The notes below the pieces were generated by a model. The model was given only the letters and a program-made list of their open reading frames with translations. It was not told the origin of the DNA and did not search any database. From contig NC_068998.1 of assembly GCF_001194135.2 (NCBI RefSeq), positions 27,865,737-27,929,736 of the forward strand: DNA of 64,000 bases, given 5' to 3'. This DNA comes from Octopus bimaculoides. Taxonomy: Eukaryota. Positions within the stretch are counted from its first letter, which is position 1, and the number at the start of each line of letters is the position of its first letter. The position numbers and the translations under genes are program-made. Positions 11,291 through 25,305 of this stretch are shown in pieces.

Positions 11291-13535
11291 TTTAGGAACT
11301 TGTAGTAACTACTGACATACCGGAAAGACAAGTAGACACCTTGGAAAGACAAGAGGACTGAAAGTAGGAAAGACTATTAACGCTAGAAAAGATTGGCGGA
11401 GGCCACGGACTTACAATTCTCGCACTGTAATCTATTGTAACATCTACCAACGTGAATGATGGCCTCATGGTTGACAGTGGGAAGTCAAGAATCAGTCAAG
11501 TCCAATGGTCAAACGGAAATAAACTTGGAACTGAATATGGCTATTCTTTCGAACACCAAACAAACTGCAAAGAACTATGGATGCCAGCTGTGTGCGTAGG
11601 ACCTTTGCTACCGAGAAAGGCTGAAAGCTACATCAGAGAAAGACTTGTTGGAGGAGGGCAGAGCAGTCATCTGATTGTAAAACACGTGGCAAATCATCCC
11701 TGGATGCATACCACTGCGGATCGGCAAATGCTACAGTAAAGACTACTTCCCAACAGAAAACAACAGGTTATGAGACTGTTGCATCAGACAGTGCTCACAA
11801 AAAAACCGAAGGTTCTGAGGCTTGCTGCTAATGAAAAAGTAAAATATAAAGAATTTGGAAGCAAAGTATGCAAAGGTTTATATAAAATGACAGGATCCAC
11901 AGTAGAGAAACTGAGAAAGCTAACAAGCTCAATACACAATTTGTGAATTGAACTCTTTAGAGTAAAAAATATGGAACCCAATTGGCAAAAAGAAATAATG
12001 GACCAGACTGGAGGAACAGGAAAATGAAACAAGTGAGAAGCGATGGCGATGTGCGGAGGAAGACGAAAAACCTAACCTCGCGCTGCTGTGCGAAGATTAA
12101 AACAAATGCCGCTTTTTTGCAACGAAATATCCGCTGATATGAGCGAAGAAAAGAAAGCAAAGGGACTCGTGAACAGTTTCTTAAGAATCTGTACAGGATA
12201 CGGAGAAGATGTTCACTAACCCAAAGAGTGGCCCTTTATCGTGCACAAAAGGAGAACTGGATACTTATATCAAAGAAACCTACAGCAATCCAAATCGTAG
12301 TCAGCCACTACCATCTATAAATTAACTGAAGCATCTCTTAGAACTTGGTGTCGAATTTCAAATTGGAGACATCAAAGAGAAAGAAGTGAATGAGTTTTTG
12401 AGAAAAGTCAAAGCAAATTGTATCCCAGAAGGTGAAGGCATCTCATATAAGATATATAAGTACTGCAATCATCAACGAAAGAAGCTTTTTGTCTTGCTCC
12501 AACAGCTTTGGCACAAGAAGGCTCAAGTGGAGGATTGGTGTAAGGTAGAAGGCGTATACTTGTCAAAGGAAGTCAATGCAGAGACTATAAAACAGTTTAG
12601 ACTGATATCCTTATTGAATGGCAAGATTTCTATGGGCATCGCCTCAACAAGAACAGTGGAATACCTACAAAGTAATGGATATGTGGATGAATCTGTTAAA
12701 AAGGCTGGAATCCCTGAATGCGTTGAGCATTCTTTTTGATTTGAAAAGCGATCCAGGATGCCAAACAGAATAAGTTTGACTGTGATATGGTTTGATCTAG
12801 CTAATGCATATGGTTCGGTGCTCACTAATTGGTGATGAGTGCCATGGACCACTTCCATATTCCGAAGAATGTGACAAAATTAATAACGATATGACAGTTT
12901 CGAGATGAGATTTTACATCTGGTAACTTGGCAACAGACTGGCACCGCCTGGAGATTGACATTGCTGCTGGCTGCACAATATTCACGTGGCTGTTCCTAGT
13001 TATGGAGATGATTTTGAAAACGACAGACTTTTCGGAACAAACGGCCCATATACAATCACCTAAGAAGGCCTCCATGGATGAACTGACACTTCTGTCGATA
13101 GTCACGCAGATCATATAGATGCCCTCTCAAGGCTAGATGAGCTGATAAAGTGATCAAGTACACGATTCAGGACAAAAATGTCGAGTAGTCTGACATTTAT
13201 TAGAGAAGTGCAGAAAGAAGTAAAATTAAAAATTGCAGGCGAAAGCATTCCAACAGTCAAAGAAGCATCTGTTAAGAGCTTGGGATGTGTATACGCTGGA
13301 GCATTGTCAGATAAGAGTCGCAAGATGCAGATTATGAAACAAGCCGAGGATGGACTAACAGAAATTGGTGGCTCAAAGCTATCAGGGAAGTCTGCAGCTC
13401 GGCTTACCTCTTTGCCTGAACAAAAGTGCCATGTGTTCATTAGAAAGTGGCTAGGGTTACCTCGGATATTAAACAGTTCAGCTCTTTATCGTAAAAAAAG
13501 GTTTGTTACAATAACTGCTGGCGCTAACCGTCGAA

Positions 13536-13569
<34 letters not shown>

Positions 13570-14885
13570 AAGGTACGAACAATGATGATGCTAAGGGAGT
13601 CAAAGAACATAGAAAATCAGGCATAATCCACCAGATGTAAAAAAAAAAATTTTTTAAACAGCCAGGAAGTAGAAAGAAAAAGCAGAAACTGATGACATCC
13701 TGTCTTCATTTGCACACTGAGATATACTAGGTGACACGCAAATTGATCGGTTCAGGCTGTTTCCAAGTATGATGCAGAGAGAACGCAGAATTGTTGTTAG
13801 TACCAGCGTCAAAGCAAGGGAAACAGAGAGAGAAGAGTTTCGTTTGACTCAATGCTTTCAACAAGGACAGATGAGAAAATAGGAGGAACACGTTGTTGAG
13901 AGAAAAATAAGTTGGAATGAAATAGGGAAGAGGAGTATATCACGTCTGAGTTTTCTGATTCATTCATCCTACGATGCCTTGCCATCGCCTACAAACCTAG
14001 TAAGATGGAACGTATCAGAAAATGATATATGCAGATGCGGAAAAGTCGGAACACTGGACAGATATACATGGAGACACAACCTGGTCCTAAATATCCTCTC
14101 CAATGCAACAAAAACCAAATTGCTCTCATTGACAGTTGCAAAAAAAAAAAACAAAAAAAAAACACACAAAGGAAACCAACCAGAGATTTCATTACCTTCG
14201 TGCATCCATAACAGCTAATCCGTTTGCAGAAGAAACTTCCTGTAAACGATGAAAAGTGGAACGGCTATTCAGAGATGATTGCAGGGTGCCACGGATTCTT
14301 TCTCATTCCAGTTACGAAGGAACCAGATTTTATCATATGGTGTGAGTAAAAGAAAGTGGTAAAACTAGTCGAGTTAACGGTTCCTTATGAAGATAAGATT
14401 AATGACCTGTAGGGACACCGTATTTCGTTATGCAAACATATCCAACACAGTATATGTGTTCAACTGTGTTAGCAGTGCTATTACGTCACATGAACACCGC
14501 TTGGACTCGAAAGAGCGATCGTTATAAACATTTCCTCGAGGAATGTGAAAACGTAGGCTGAACCGCAGAGCATTCTCTAATCGATGTTGGATGTAGAGGA
14601 TTCATTACGACCTAACTCTTCGTCAAGCAGATACCATCATAAGTGATATCCTGGCTACAGTGGAGAAGGTAGGCCACTGGATTTGATTAAAAACAGACGA
14701 TGAGCAATGGCTAGAATATTGAATGAAGCCAGTAACCAGTGACGGGGGCCGGAGCGCAATAATTCCCTCGAGAGGAAGGCCCCAAAACAGCGCTCATTTT
14801 TTTCTGATGACACCATAAGCTTGCTAGCATTCGGTATGCGGCGCTTGCAAGTGGTAGCACTTGCATCTGCATGTTGTTTACAATA
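11291..14885 (+). mobile_element. HERO-type (R2 superfamily) RLE retrotransposon, near full length, degraded
   Basis: N-terminal C2H2 remnant CQLC.RTFATEKG.KLHQRKTC (about 11582-11650); RT QFRLISLLN.GKI..NGYVDESV.KAGIP..CVEH, FDLANAYGSV, LEIDIAAGCTI, MDELT; RKWLGLPR; DALPSPTNLVRW..CRCGK..RYTWRHN; RLE PD...VELTVPYE. Confidence 0.88.
14744..14810 (+). ncRNA. Candidate permuted hammerhead ribozyme, copy 2
   Basis: GGGGCC/GGCCCC, GAGCGC/GCGCTC; AAAAC (G12A) at 14784-88; intact CTGATGA at 14804-10. Confidence 0.45.
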
Positions 14886-14909
14886 CATACATACATATAT
14901 CTATCTATC

Positions 14910-14970
<61 letters not shown>

Positions 14971-15599
14971 NNNNNNNNNNNNNNNNNNNNNNNNNNNNNN
15001 NNNNNNNNNNNNNNNNNNNNNNNNNNNNNNNNNNNNNNNNNNNNNNNNNNNNNNNNNNNNNNNNNNNNNNNNNNNNNNNNNNNNNNNNNNNNNNNNNNNN
15101 NNNNNNNNNAGAGAGGAGAGAGAGAGAGAGGAGAGAGAGAGAGAGGAGAGAGAGAGAGGAGAGGGAGAGAGAGAGAGCAATAGATAGATACGTATGAATG
15201 TGTGTCGGTATGTAGTTAGGTAGGTCGGTACCTAGGCAGGTAGGCATGTATGTATGTGTGTGTATGTATGTGTGTGTATGTATGTGCGTGTGTGAGAGTT
15301 GTGTGTGCGCGCGCGTTATCGCTACTTTAGAAGAAAAAGATGTACAAAGTATATATCGTCTCTATAAACTAATATTTTATTGTTTTTATGTAAGGGATTT
15401 ATTATTCCTTGTCATTCTTTACTTATTTGATTCGAGACTGAGGATTGAAACCCATCTTAAAATTTTCAGCAACTTAAAGCCTTTTGATTTCTCATTCCTT
15501 CACTGACTCCATTTATTATTATTTATTATTTTTATTACTATATTAAAAACCAACAACAGAAAGCAACTTTGTCTTTTCTAAGCCAGCTATTCAAGAAAT

Positions 15600-16620
15600 T
15601 ATTAAGTAAATAACTATTTTATCACTTTATCAACCGATGAAGAGAACTAAAGATGTTTCTGCTTTTAGAAAATAAAAACTGGAGATAGTTTCCAAACCCG
15701 AATCATCATCAAATATAAGTGATTTTTCAACTTTAAAAAATTTACCAGCTTCATGCGATAAACAGCGTGGCAAAGAAACTTTCCGATTGTCAGTTTAAAC
15801 GATTTTGACCAACGACCACCAAACAATTTTAACGATGACTTCTGGATTTTACTGGTTCGTCGATATTTGTCCGTGGTTGAACATCTAAATTTTGATTTCG
15901 GTTGAATGATGTCTCAAGGCGCATCAACTATAATACAAACTAGAAAACTTACAAGCGAAAAGATTTTTAAATTCTACCGTTTGGTAGATTTCGGGGAGTG
16001 TTGAGATAGTAGATGACCTTTATAAGGAATGATCTTATAAGGTGGATGATCTTCATAATGAAGCTCCTTATTGCTTTTGTTGCAGACTGTTTCTGAGCAG
16101 AAGTCACTGAAATTTCATTTCTAGGGATGGATTCAACAAGTGGAAATCGAGTCCTAATCCAACATACGGAAACCAAGTCTTTGAATGTCCGTGCATAAAT
16201 CTAGTAGAACTGATGCTTGGACTTACGATGGAAAGATTTGGTAATTAGGTTTGTTTGTGGAGCAACAATTGATAAACAAAAACGGAAACTGTTGGAAACG
16301 AAATGAAGATAGCCTCTTTTGGCATCATTAGATTCTTAAGCAGAATTCATCTTTACGATATCATAAAGAAGGAATTTATTATGAAATTGATGCTGAACCT
16401 AAAGCATTAGAAAATAGAAGTTAGTTTATTCACAATTGTTGTTAATGTTGCCAGTTGTGACGAGGGTTTTATGGATTAAGACTGACAACGAGTTACTTAA
16501 GATTGACTATGAACCTTCAGATTGAGATATTTTTCTTTACTTTCAAGAACAACAATTGAGAGGCGAAATAAGCAATGTTATGGAAGATTTTGTTACAGTA
16601 TTACAATATTGTGTTACAGT
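15600..16620 (+). mobile_element. hAT transposase remnant (TTF zinc finger, ZMYM1/DUF4371-like)
   Basis: APYCFCCRLF, RDGFNKWK, IRFLS.NSSLRYHKEG..ENRS motifs across frameshifts. Confidence 0.75.
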
Positions 16621-18039
16621 GTTACAATATTTGGGACCTAATTCCCATGACAATACTTTTGAATAAAACTGAAAAATTNNNNNNNNNNNNNNNNNNNNNN
16701 NNNNNNNNNNNNNNNNNNNNNNNNNNNNNNNNNNNNNNNNNNNNNNNNNNNNNNNNNNNNNNNNNNNNNNNNNNNNNNNNNNNNNNNNNNNNNNNNNNNN
16801 NNNNNNNNNNNNNNNNNNNNNNNNNNNNNNNNNNNNNNNNNNNNNNNNNNNNNNNNNNNNNNNNNNNNNNNNNNNNNNNNNNNNNNNNNNNNNNNNNNNN
16901 NNNNNNNNNNNNNNNNNNNNNNNNNNNNNNNNNNNNNNNNNNNNNNNNNNNNNNNNNNNNNNNNNNNNNNNNNNNNNNNNNNNNNNNNNNNNNNNNNNNN
17001 NNNNNNNNNNNNNNNNNNNNNNNNNCACGCTCTATCTCTTTCTTTCCTTCTCCCCCCTCTCTTGCTTTCTCCCCCCTCCTCTCTCTTAATGGGACGGAAA
17101 CTTATCTCCAAGATATGACGAAAGAGAACGGTTATGAAAAAGGGAGGATAATAGCTGTTATGTTACAACAATTTCTGAAGGTTTTGAAATAATTGCCTTT
17201 ACATTAATACTTCTACAACGGTTTGAGATAGACTATGTAGTCACCCGGCCTGTTACAAACAAATCTATCTCTTTAAAGAAAGCAAAGGACATATTAGATA
17301 AAGTGGTCGCAGCGAGAACATCTTTGATCATCAGCTCTGATTCAAGGTTGAGCTAGGGTTAAACAGCAAATTTGCTCGACGAGCCAGTGAGAAAATATCT
17401 TTCTGTTAGAAATAGCAGTCAATTTTACGTCGAATCAAATTCTACCGTCTTAAAAAAAAGATAGAGAAAGACGTGTTGGATAATCTAGTCATAGATATAC
17501 GATGCCTAAAAAAATATAAACGGAGTGGCCAAGGTTGGTCATAGTCTTACCGTGTGAAGCCTGATCTAGAGGAGGGTGGTTAAACTACACTTAAATTTGA
17601 TCCCAGTTAAACAGAGTGTGTTATGAGAAGTGACTCTGCAAATTGAAACACATTACCAACATGTATCCCCATGGTACACCAGTATTCTCTTTATCCTTTT
17701 CCTTTCTTTTTCCATCCGAAATCCATCCATAAGATATTGGTAGCGGTGACAATCTGTAGACACATCTTGAGCAATATCATCAACTGTCATCGTACACTGA
17801 AAGCTAAAAGAGATATCCCAATACTTCTTTTGCAATGGTAAGTCCTCAATTTCATGATGTTCGTCTGCCAAGGGCAACAGTATGTCTCCTTCAATAACTA
17901 ATGTGCCTTCTTGCAGTCACAGAACTAAGGTAGCGGCTAAGGCAGTGGTTCTTGTCTACTGTACTTTCTTTCAGGAACAGGATTCGATTCAATGAAGAAG
18001 CCTTGGCGTGGTCGCCCAACCTGCTAGATATAGCGGCCA

Positions 18040-18330
18040 AATCACTATGACTTCGCCGGCTACGATGGCGAGGGTTCCAGTTTATCCGATCAATTCGTGA
18101 AATTAACATGCAAGTGGCTGAGCACTCCACAGACACGCGTACCTTTAACGTAGTTCTCGGGGAGATTGAACGTAACGTGCCACAGAATGTGACAAGGCCG
18201 GTCCTTTGAAATACAGGTACAACTCATTTTTGCCAATTTTTGCTCAGTAGACTGAGGCAACGTGAAATAAAGTCGAACTCTCGACCTTAAACCATGAGCC
18301 GATTACCCTAACCACTAAGCCACGCGCCTT
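18040..18330 (-). mobile_element. tRNA-derived SINE
   Basis: Minus-strand head GAAGGCGCGTGGCTTAGTGGTTAGGG..GAGTTCGAC resembles the head at 4239; the body differs. Confidence 0.8.
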
Positions 18331-19081
18331 CGACCTTCAAATACCGTCTTATTTAAGGTTAAGACACATTAGATATATCGCTAAAAAACCTGTAGTGCTT
18401 TCAGCATGGGTCCTCTCGATGAGAGTTGATATGGGACTAAAACAATAGCAGCAGCAATTACAACATCAAGGAGGACCAATCGGATATATTTTCACTGTTG
18501 CTCAGCCGTACATTCTCTGATAACATTTACATATCTCTAATGTAATGTAAATCTATTTGCAAGATATGCTACCAGACTTATATAAGAACTCTGCTGCATC
18601 TGACATATTGTCTAACGGGTTAACCAGAGTGACCCTGTACGGTTACTTCAGCTGCTATCTTTAGCAGCTAAATCTTACTCAAAGAGCTGCTAAATCTTAC
18701 ACAAAGAAGATCACATTGTAAATATTTGCTCTGTGTGACTCTGTGTGACTCTGTGTGTGTGTGTTGATAGGTCATGAATAATAAAGCTTTTGATCACATG
18801 CTGTTCGATTTGGGACTAATTTACGACTAAAAGTGTTGTTTGTGATGATAATTATGGCGGCGGCGGCGGTGGTGGCGGCGGTGGTGGTGGTAATGGTTTC
18901 GATATACGAGGAGGTGGGGTTGGAAATATTAAAAGACAAATGTTAATAATGGCAAAAGTCACAAGTATTCACCAAAATCTGTTGTGGAAAATATGTCATC
19001 TAAATGAATGATAATAGAAAAGTTATGACATTACATTTGTTTCAATTCTAAAACTAAAAGTATTGCGACGAATAATTGTTA

Positions 19082-19115
19082 ACATATACAAACATACATA
19101 CATACATACATACAT

Positions 19116-19167
<52 letters not shown>

Positions 19168-19343
19168 ACACACACATATATATATATATGTATATGTATG
19201 TATGTATAATATATATGTGTATATAATATATACATAATATATATGTAAAGATATTTGTATGTAAATATATATATATATGCACATATATATACATAGATAT
19301 AGATATAGATATATACACATATATATGTACGTACATATGTATG

Positions 19344-19395
<52 letters not shown>

Positions 19396-19488
19396 TGTGT
19401 GTGTGAATATATACATGTATGTATATATGTGTATATTTTTACATAAATATATTATATATTACATAATATACATATATATATATATAAT

Positions 19489-19539
<51 letters not shown>
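19082..19539. repeat. Compound (CATA)n/(CA)n/(TA)n/(GT)n microsatellite block
   Basis: Direct reading; runs into an N-gap. Confidence 0.95.
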
Positions 19540-20564
19540 NNNNNNNNNNNNNNNNNNNNNNNNNNNNNNNNNNNNNNNNNNNNNNNNNNNNNNNNNNNNN
19601 NNNNNNNNNNNNNNNNNNNNNNNNNNNNNNNNNNNNNNNNNNNNNNNNNNNNNNNNNNNNNNNNNNNNNNNTATACTGACATAGACGTACGCGTGATTTA
19701 AAAAGTAATATGACAATACTGTTACCGTTAGGCTCGGCTGTTCCACTGCAGAAATTAAAATGAAACGTCCTCTGCTGTCAAAAACAGTTACTAAAACTTC
19801 ACAGATCTTTTTTTTTTTTCTATCTTATTTCTTTATTTCTGAACAACAGTGCAAAAAACTAGCCAATGAATGGGAACCAACACCCAACCGAAAAACATGA
19901 TTGTGATATTGAAAGCTGTTATTAAATTGTCAGTTAGTCGGAAAGCAAGTACAATCATTGGCTAAGGAAATTAATTAGAGCCATGGTAGGAGGACTATAT
20001 TCTACCGAAATATTGGAATACAGGCAGATGTGACCTTTGTGAGAGAAAGGCTAAAAGATGAACTAATATTCCAATTATCAAGGAAAATTTTTCTGTGAAA
20101 TAACTGAAGATGATATTTTGTATAATGACTGATGATATTTGATTTTGCTTTAATAATTTAGTGATTTAATATAATCTGATGTTAAATTTTAACAGGCATT
20201 TTATATTTGACCACCTTCTAACATTTCCAGCTATCAAAATCATTAACCGAATAAACATGAACAAAAGAAAATGTTACGCAGAACTTAATTTAACTTGGCT
20301 GAATATATTTAATACAGCAAACGTCACTAATCTAATGAGATATGATTATGTGTTTAGGTAAAAGAAACATTTGCTTAATTGATTAAATCATTTCAGTGAG
20401 TAATGGAGACAACAGAAGATGTTTAGGTTTTATTAAACATCCTCAGAGAGGTATAAACATGCTGAAGCAGTGACAAGAGAGAATCGCTAGCAACGATTAC
20501 AGTATTGTATTCATTGTCTCGTTTCCCGTCAACGGCAGAATACGTACTAACATGTGATGAGTTT

Positions 20565-22790
20565 CCTTCATAGTGTGAATCAATGTTATCGGACACACCT
20601 CATGTTAATTCCATCACCCATACTCTTCCGTGCTAATGTAGGGTATGTTGGAGGAGGGTATTAATTTTGGAGATTTTCTTCTAGATTGATTGCTAAAATT
20701 GATGTGTAAATGAGGAAAGAATGGTGAAATCGTTATTGTGGGATCTGGTAGTGAGGTTAGACAAAATATAACTAGCAAGAGGAGCCCGGTACATTTAAAA
20801 CTGCTTAAGCTGAAGTTGCACGAGACCAGCCAGTTCCGAAGAGAAGAGGATATTGTAGACAAAATGGAGACAGGTCAGCATGTCTTTAGGTAGAGTAGCA
20901 ACACCGTCCATGATGTGAAGAGAGCAAACCATTGAACTTGAAAGGAGTTAGTTGTTATTAAGGACTGAGATATTACCTGGTCTTTGAGGTTAGTCTTTGG
21001 GAAACTGCGTTAGATATGTTGAGAATGTCAGGTCCTTAAAAGAGATCCTCGCTGATGATGAGGTCTAGCTTTTGTAGCGACCCTGAACATTTTCGTTTCG
21101 TGTTGTTCATGTTCTGGGATACGGTATATTGTTTCTTGACATGTGTAGTGAATTTGTCTTTGTCGTTTTGACAGAAAGAAGAATGACATGACTCTACAGA
21201 AGAATGTTTCCGTGGTTTCTATTCAGTGCAGATATAGTGTAGGATACCTCAGTAGCATGTGGATGACGGTTGTGAGGGGAAGGCTAAGGAGGCTAAGGAG
21301 GTATGAACGGTAGAAGTAGTTGTTGGAGGTGATGGTAAGTAGATTGTTGATGTATAAGAGGAAAAGTATGGCGGGAGGCAAAATTGATACAGTATGGATC
21401 AGAGAGAGATCAGTTACTATATATCGTGATGGGCGATCATACCACAGCCTCCTATCCAAGACGTGAGAGATATATGAAACCCAATGGGAAACATTTTAGT
21501 TAGGAGATTCACATGCAGACACCGTCGAATACCTTACTGAGTTCAACAACACTATTTTCATAAAATTCCTTAGGAGCAGGGATCACTGGTGAATGACATA
21601 GGAAAACAGGTATCAGCAAATCTGGCTTTGGTTGAGCCGTGCTCAGATGTTGGAAGTGCGAGTTGTAAGTGAATAATTGGCGGGATAGGAGTTGCTCCGC
21701 TTGAGAATGGGACTCACTACAGAGAGTTTTGATGATCCGGGTATATACACAGAAAGCGAGAGAGAGAGAGAGGAAGGGAGTGAGAGGGGAGGGGGAAGAG
21801 GCAGACAGAGAAATTAAAGATTTTAAAAACTCGGTAAGTATAGAGGTTAGCTCAGGGTTGCGTTGTTTGAGGGTAATTGAGGGTACAATGTCAATACCCT
21901 TGCTCTTGTTAGTTTGAAGAGACCGAAAGTGCTTTCGTATTTGGTATATGTGTATATAATGGTAAGCTCGGTGGAGGGAAAATGGATAATTTGGGTAGAA
22001 ATTTACCCTTTATGTGAAATGTCGAGCTAAACGGGACCTGGACAGCATAAACAAATTCTCCTCTAAATTAGAGAAATGGAGGGAAGGAAATTACCATAAA
22101 GTTTGGAGAAATTCTTAAGGCAAAGGATGTTGAGATAAGTTTTTGCAGAAAGTGCTGAACAAGAGAACTCCCAGTTTGCAGTGGTGAGTGGTTTTCTTCA
22201 AGTGTTGTGAAACATAAGCAAGAAGATGGTTTCGGCCACTTGCTTAGCTGTTTCTGATGGATCAGAGGATCCGGAAGAAGAGGGGTTTTGCGTATTATGT
22301 GGATGCGTGGTGAGTAGTTGAGATAAGGTAGTGGTCGGATGAGCTGATAGATGCAAAGACATGATGGTTTGGTCGAGACTGGATTTGGAGATGAGAAATC
22401 GATCAACGGTGTTTAAAGTGTATGCGTGATTGTCAAGGATGTGTGTCTGGTATGAAATGAATTGTTGCTGATTGCAAAAGATTCAGTTTCTGTACTGGCT
22501 ACATTACTGTCATATGAGTGCGAGAGCTGATAAGAAGTGTGAACTAACTGAGTACGATAACTTCAGATCTAGCGAGTGAGATATATATATATATCTTAGA
22601 TGCAGGAAAAAAAACATGGTTGAAAACTTGGTGATCGGAAATGTTCTGAGAGTGATAGAGGAAGCAGATGGATTTAGGGGAGTTAAGAAGAAGACTTTGA
22701 GCTAGAATAACTGGAAGACCGTTTTACTGACATCCAACTGTATCAATTGTGAGATCACAGCTAATGAGTTGACCATTGTGGATATTCTTT
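20565..22790 (-). mobile_element. CR1/Jockey-type LINE remnant (APE plus RT), heavily degraded
   Basis: APE-like SEVIVL and ETE.FAI.N stretches; RT-like KVFDGVC.., SILPPAILFLLYINNLL. Confidence 0.7.
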
Positions 22791-23544
22791 TTCGTCAAAC
22801 AATCGCAACTATGATACGTTCCACCACGTCACACCGGAAATCTCTATCTCCCATTAATTTCATGTAATTTGTCGGGTATCAGCATCAATGTTATTAATAA
22901 GCTATAGAAAACTCCAGAAGATAATATCTGATAAGGCCTGGTATTCAGCACGACATCAATGGCCAGTTCAGCCTGTCCTGCATTGAGCAACAATAGTAGA
23001 GATGGGTGGAATGTGTTCATAAACCATTTGATACGCTATCATCTGTTGGATCTTTTCTAGCAATGTTCAGCTGAAATTGGGTGATAAATGTATCAAGATA
23101 ATCACATGATGAAAATATAGCCGAATCGACCCCCAGTACTTCTTTTCTTTTCTTTTTTTTTTCTACAAGCATGGTATTTATTCTATCGGTCACTTTTGCC
23201 GAACCGCTAAGTTACGGAGACATAAACACACCAACACCATTGTTAAGTGGTAGATAGATAGATAGATAGATAGATAGATGGATAGATAGATAGATGGATG
23301 GATGATGGCGGTATCGGAGCGTCGATTAAGATAGCTTGTAGTCTTTGGTTACGACCTTTTATATTATAGTTACATCTCTGCATCTATTTATGCCTAAATC
23401 TACTTCACCGTCACTCATACCGAAATCGATAAAATTATGCCCCTGACACAGTACTGAGTCAACTAAAAGCCTTGAATACGAAAATGTAGCATGGTCGCAA
23501 TCCAATGAATGTAGCTCTAAATTTGTTAAAGGATATAGAGTTTA

Positions 23545-24140
23545 TAGCTGTTGTTTATCAGATACAGTTTCAAGCTATTGACTAAATGAACACATGTAGT
23601 TATTGAATATATAGATACAGTATGAGCATTGGTGTAGATCGATGCATCTGGTACTTATTGATTTGACAGATACATCTGACAGTTATTGACTTGATCGAGA
23701 CAGCTAGTAGCTATTGACTGGATCGATACAGCTAACAGCTATTGACTATATCGATACAGTTGGTAGTAATTGACTAGATCAGTTGACTCGAGAGACACTG
23801 GTTGGAGGCATTGACCAGATCAACACAGATGGTAGTTATTGGCTACATTGCTACAACTGGTAGCTATTGATAGGATCGATACATCTAGTAATTGTTGATA
23901 GGATCGATACAGCTGATATCTATTGACTAGATCAATACATCTGGTAACTATTAGCAAGATCGATACAGCTTGTGTCAGTTGACTAGAGGGAAACAAGTTG
24001 GAGCTACAGCTGGTTGTTATTGACTAGATCAGATGGTATCTGTTGACTAAATCGATACAAGCGGTATCAGTTGACTGAATCAATACAATGTGGAGCTATT
24101 GACGAGGTAGATGCAGTTGCAGCTATTGACTAGATCTGTG
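23545..24140. repeat. Diverged 28-bp minisatellite, about 20 units
   Basis: Consensus AGCTATTGACTAGATCGATACAGCTGGT; e.g. agctattgactggatcgatacagctaac|agctattgactatatcgatacagttggt. Confidence 0.9.
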
Positions 24141-24408
24141 ATAAATAGCAGAGAGGCTAATGGGACTGTGTTTTATGATTGGCACAGCTGTAATATATAG
24201 TGGTATGATTCCTGGAACTGAAATATATAAAGGATGTCGCTGGTGGAACTGTAGTGCATAGCTGTGCAGCTTCTAGAACTGTGGTCATCAAGTCGTGAGA
24301 TTGATGGAACTCTAACATATTTTTGAGTATTGAGCACTCAGATATTTTTCGCGTAAATATCAATATTAAACATACTTTTATATCTACATTTATATCTATC
24401 TATCTATA

Positions 24409-24725
<317 letters not shown>

Positions 24726-24760
24726 TATTCTTATATACACACACATATATATATAAGAAT

Positions 24761-25055
24761 AGGCGGTAGCGTGGCTGTGTGGTAAGAAGCTTGCTTCCCA
24801 ACTACATCGTTCCAGGTTCAGTTCCAGTGCGTGTTACCTTCGGTGTGTGTCATTTATTATAACCCGGGCCAACCGAAGCCTTGTGAATAGGTTTAGTTGA
24901 CGGAAACTGAAAGGAGCATGTCGTATGAGTATGTGTGGTGGGGGTGGGGGAATACTGTGTCTGTGTTTGTGTTTGTTCCCTACCACAGCTTGACAACCGG
25001 TATTAAGTTGCAACCGTAACTTAGCGGTTCAGCAAAAGATAACGATTGAATAAGT
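24761..25055 (+). mobile_element. Second tandem copy of the same SINE family
   Basis: Same head, body and GTAACTTAGCGGTTC motif. Confidence 0.85.
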
Positions 25056-25086
<31 letters not shown>

Positions 25087-25090
25087 TAAA

Positions 25091-25305
25091 GGCGGCGAGC
25101 TGGCAGAAACGTTAGCACACCGGGCGAAGTGCTTAGCGGTATTTTGTCTGTCTTTATGTTCTGAGTTCAAATTCTGCCGAGGTCGACTTTACCTTTCATC
25201 CTTTCAGGGTCGTTAAATTAAGTACCAGTTACTCACTGGGGTCGATTAATCGACTTAATCCCTTTGTTTGTACCCTCTATATTTAGTCCCATGTGGGCAA
25301 TAAAG
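25091..25305 (+). mobile_element. SINE (GGCGGCGAGCTGGCAGAA family)
   Basis: Matches copies at 7861, 45500 and 46240. Confidence 0.88.

Noticed and set aside
13539-13566. (TA)n inside the HERO ORF
   Set aside because: Ordinary post-insertion slippage.
23545-24140. Repeat array as a possible CRISPR
   Set aside because: The units are contiguous with no unique spacers, and the DNA is eukaryotic.
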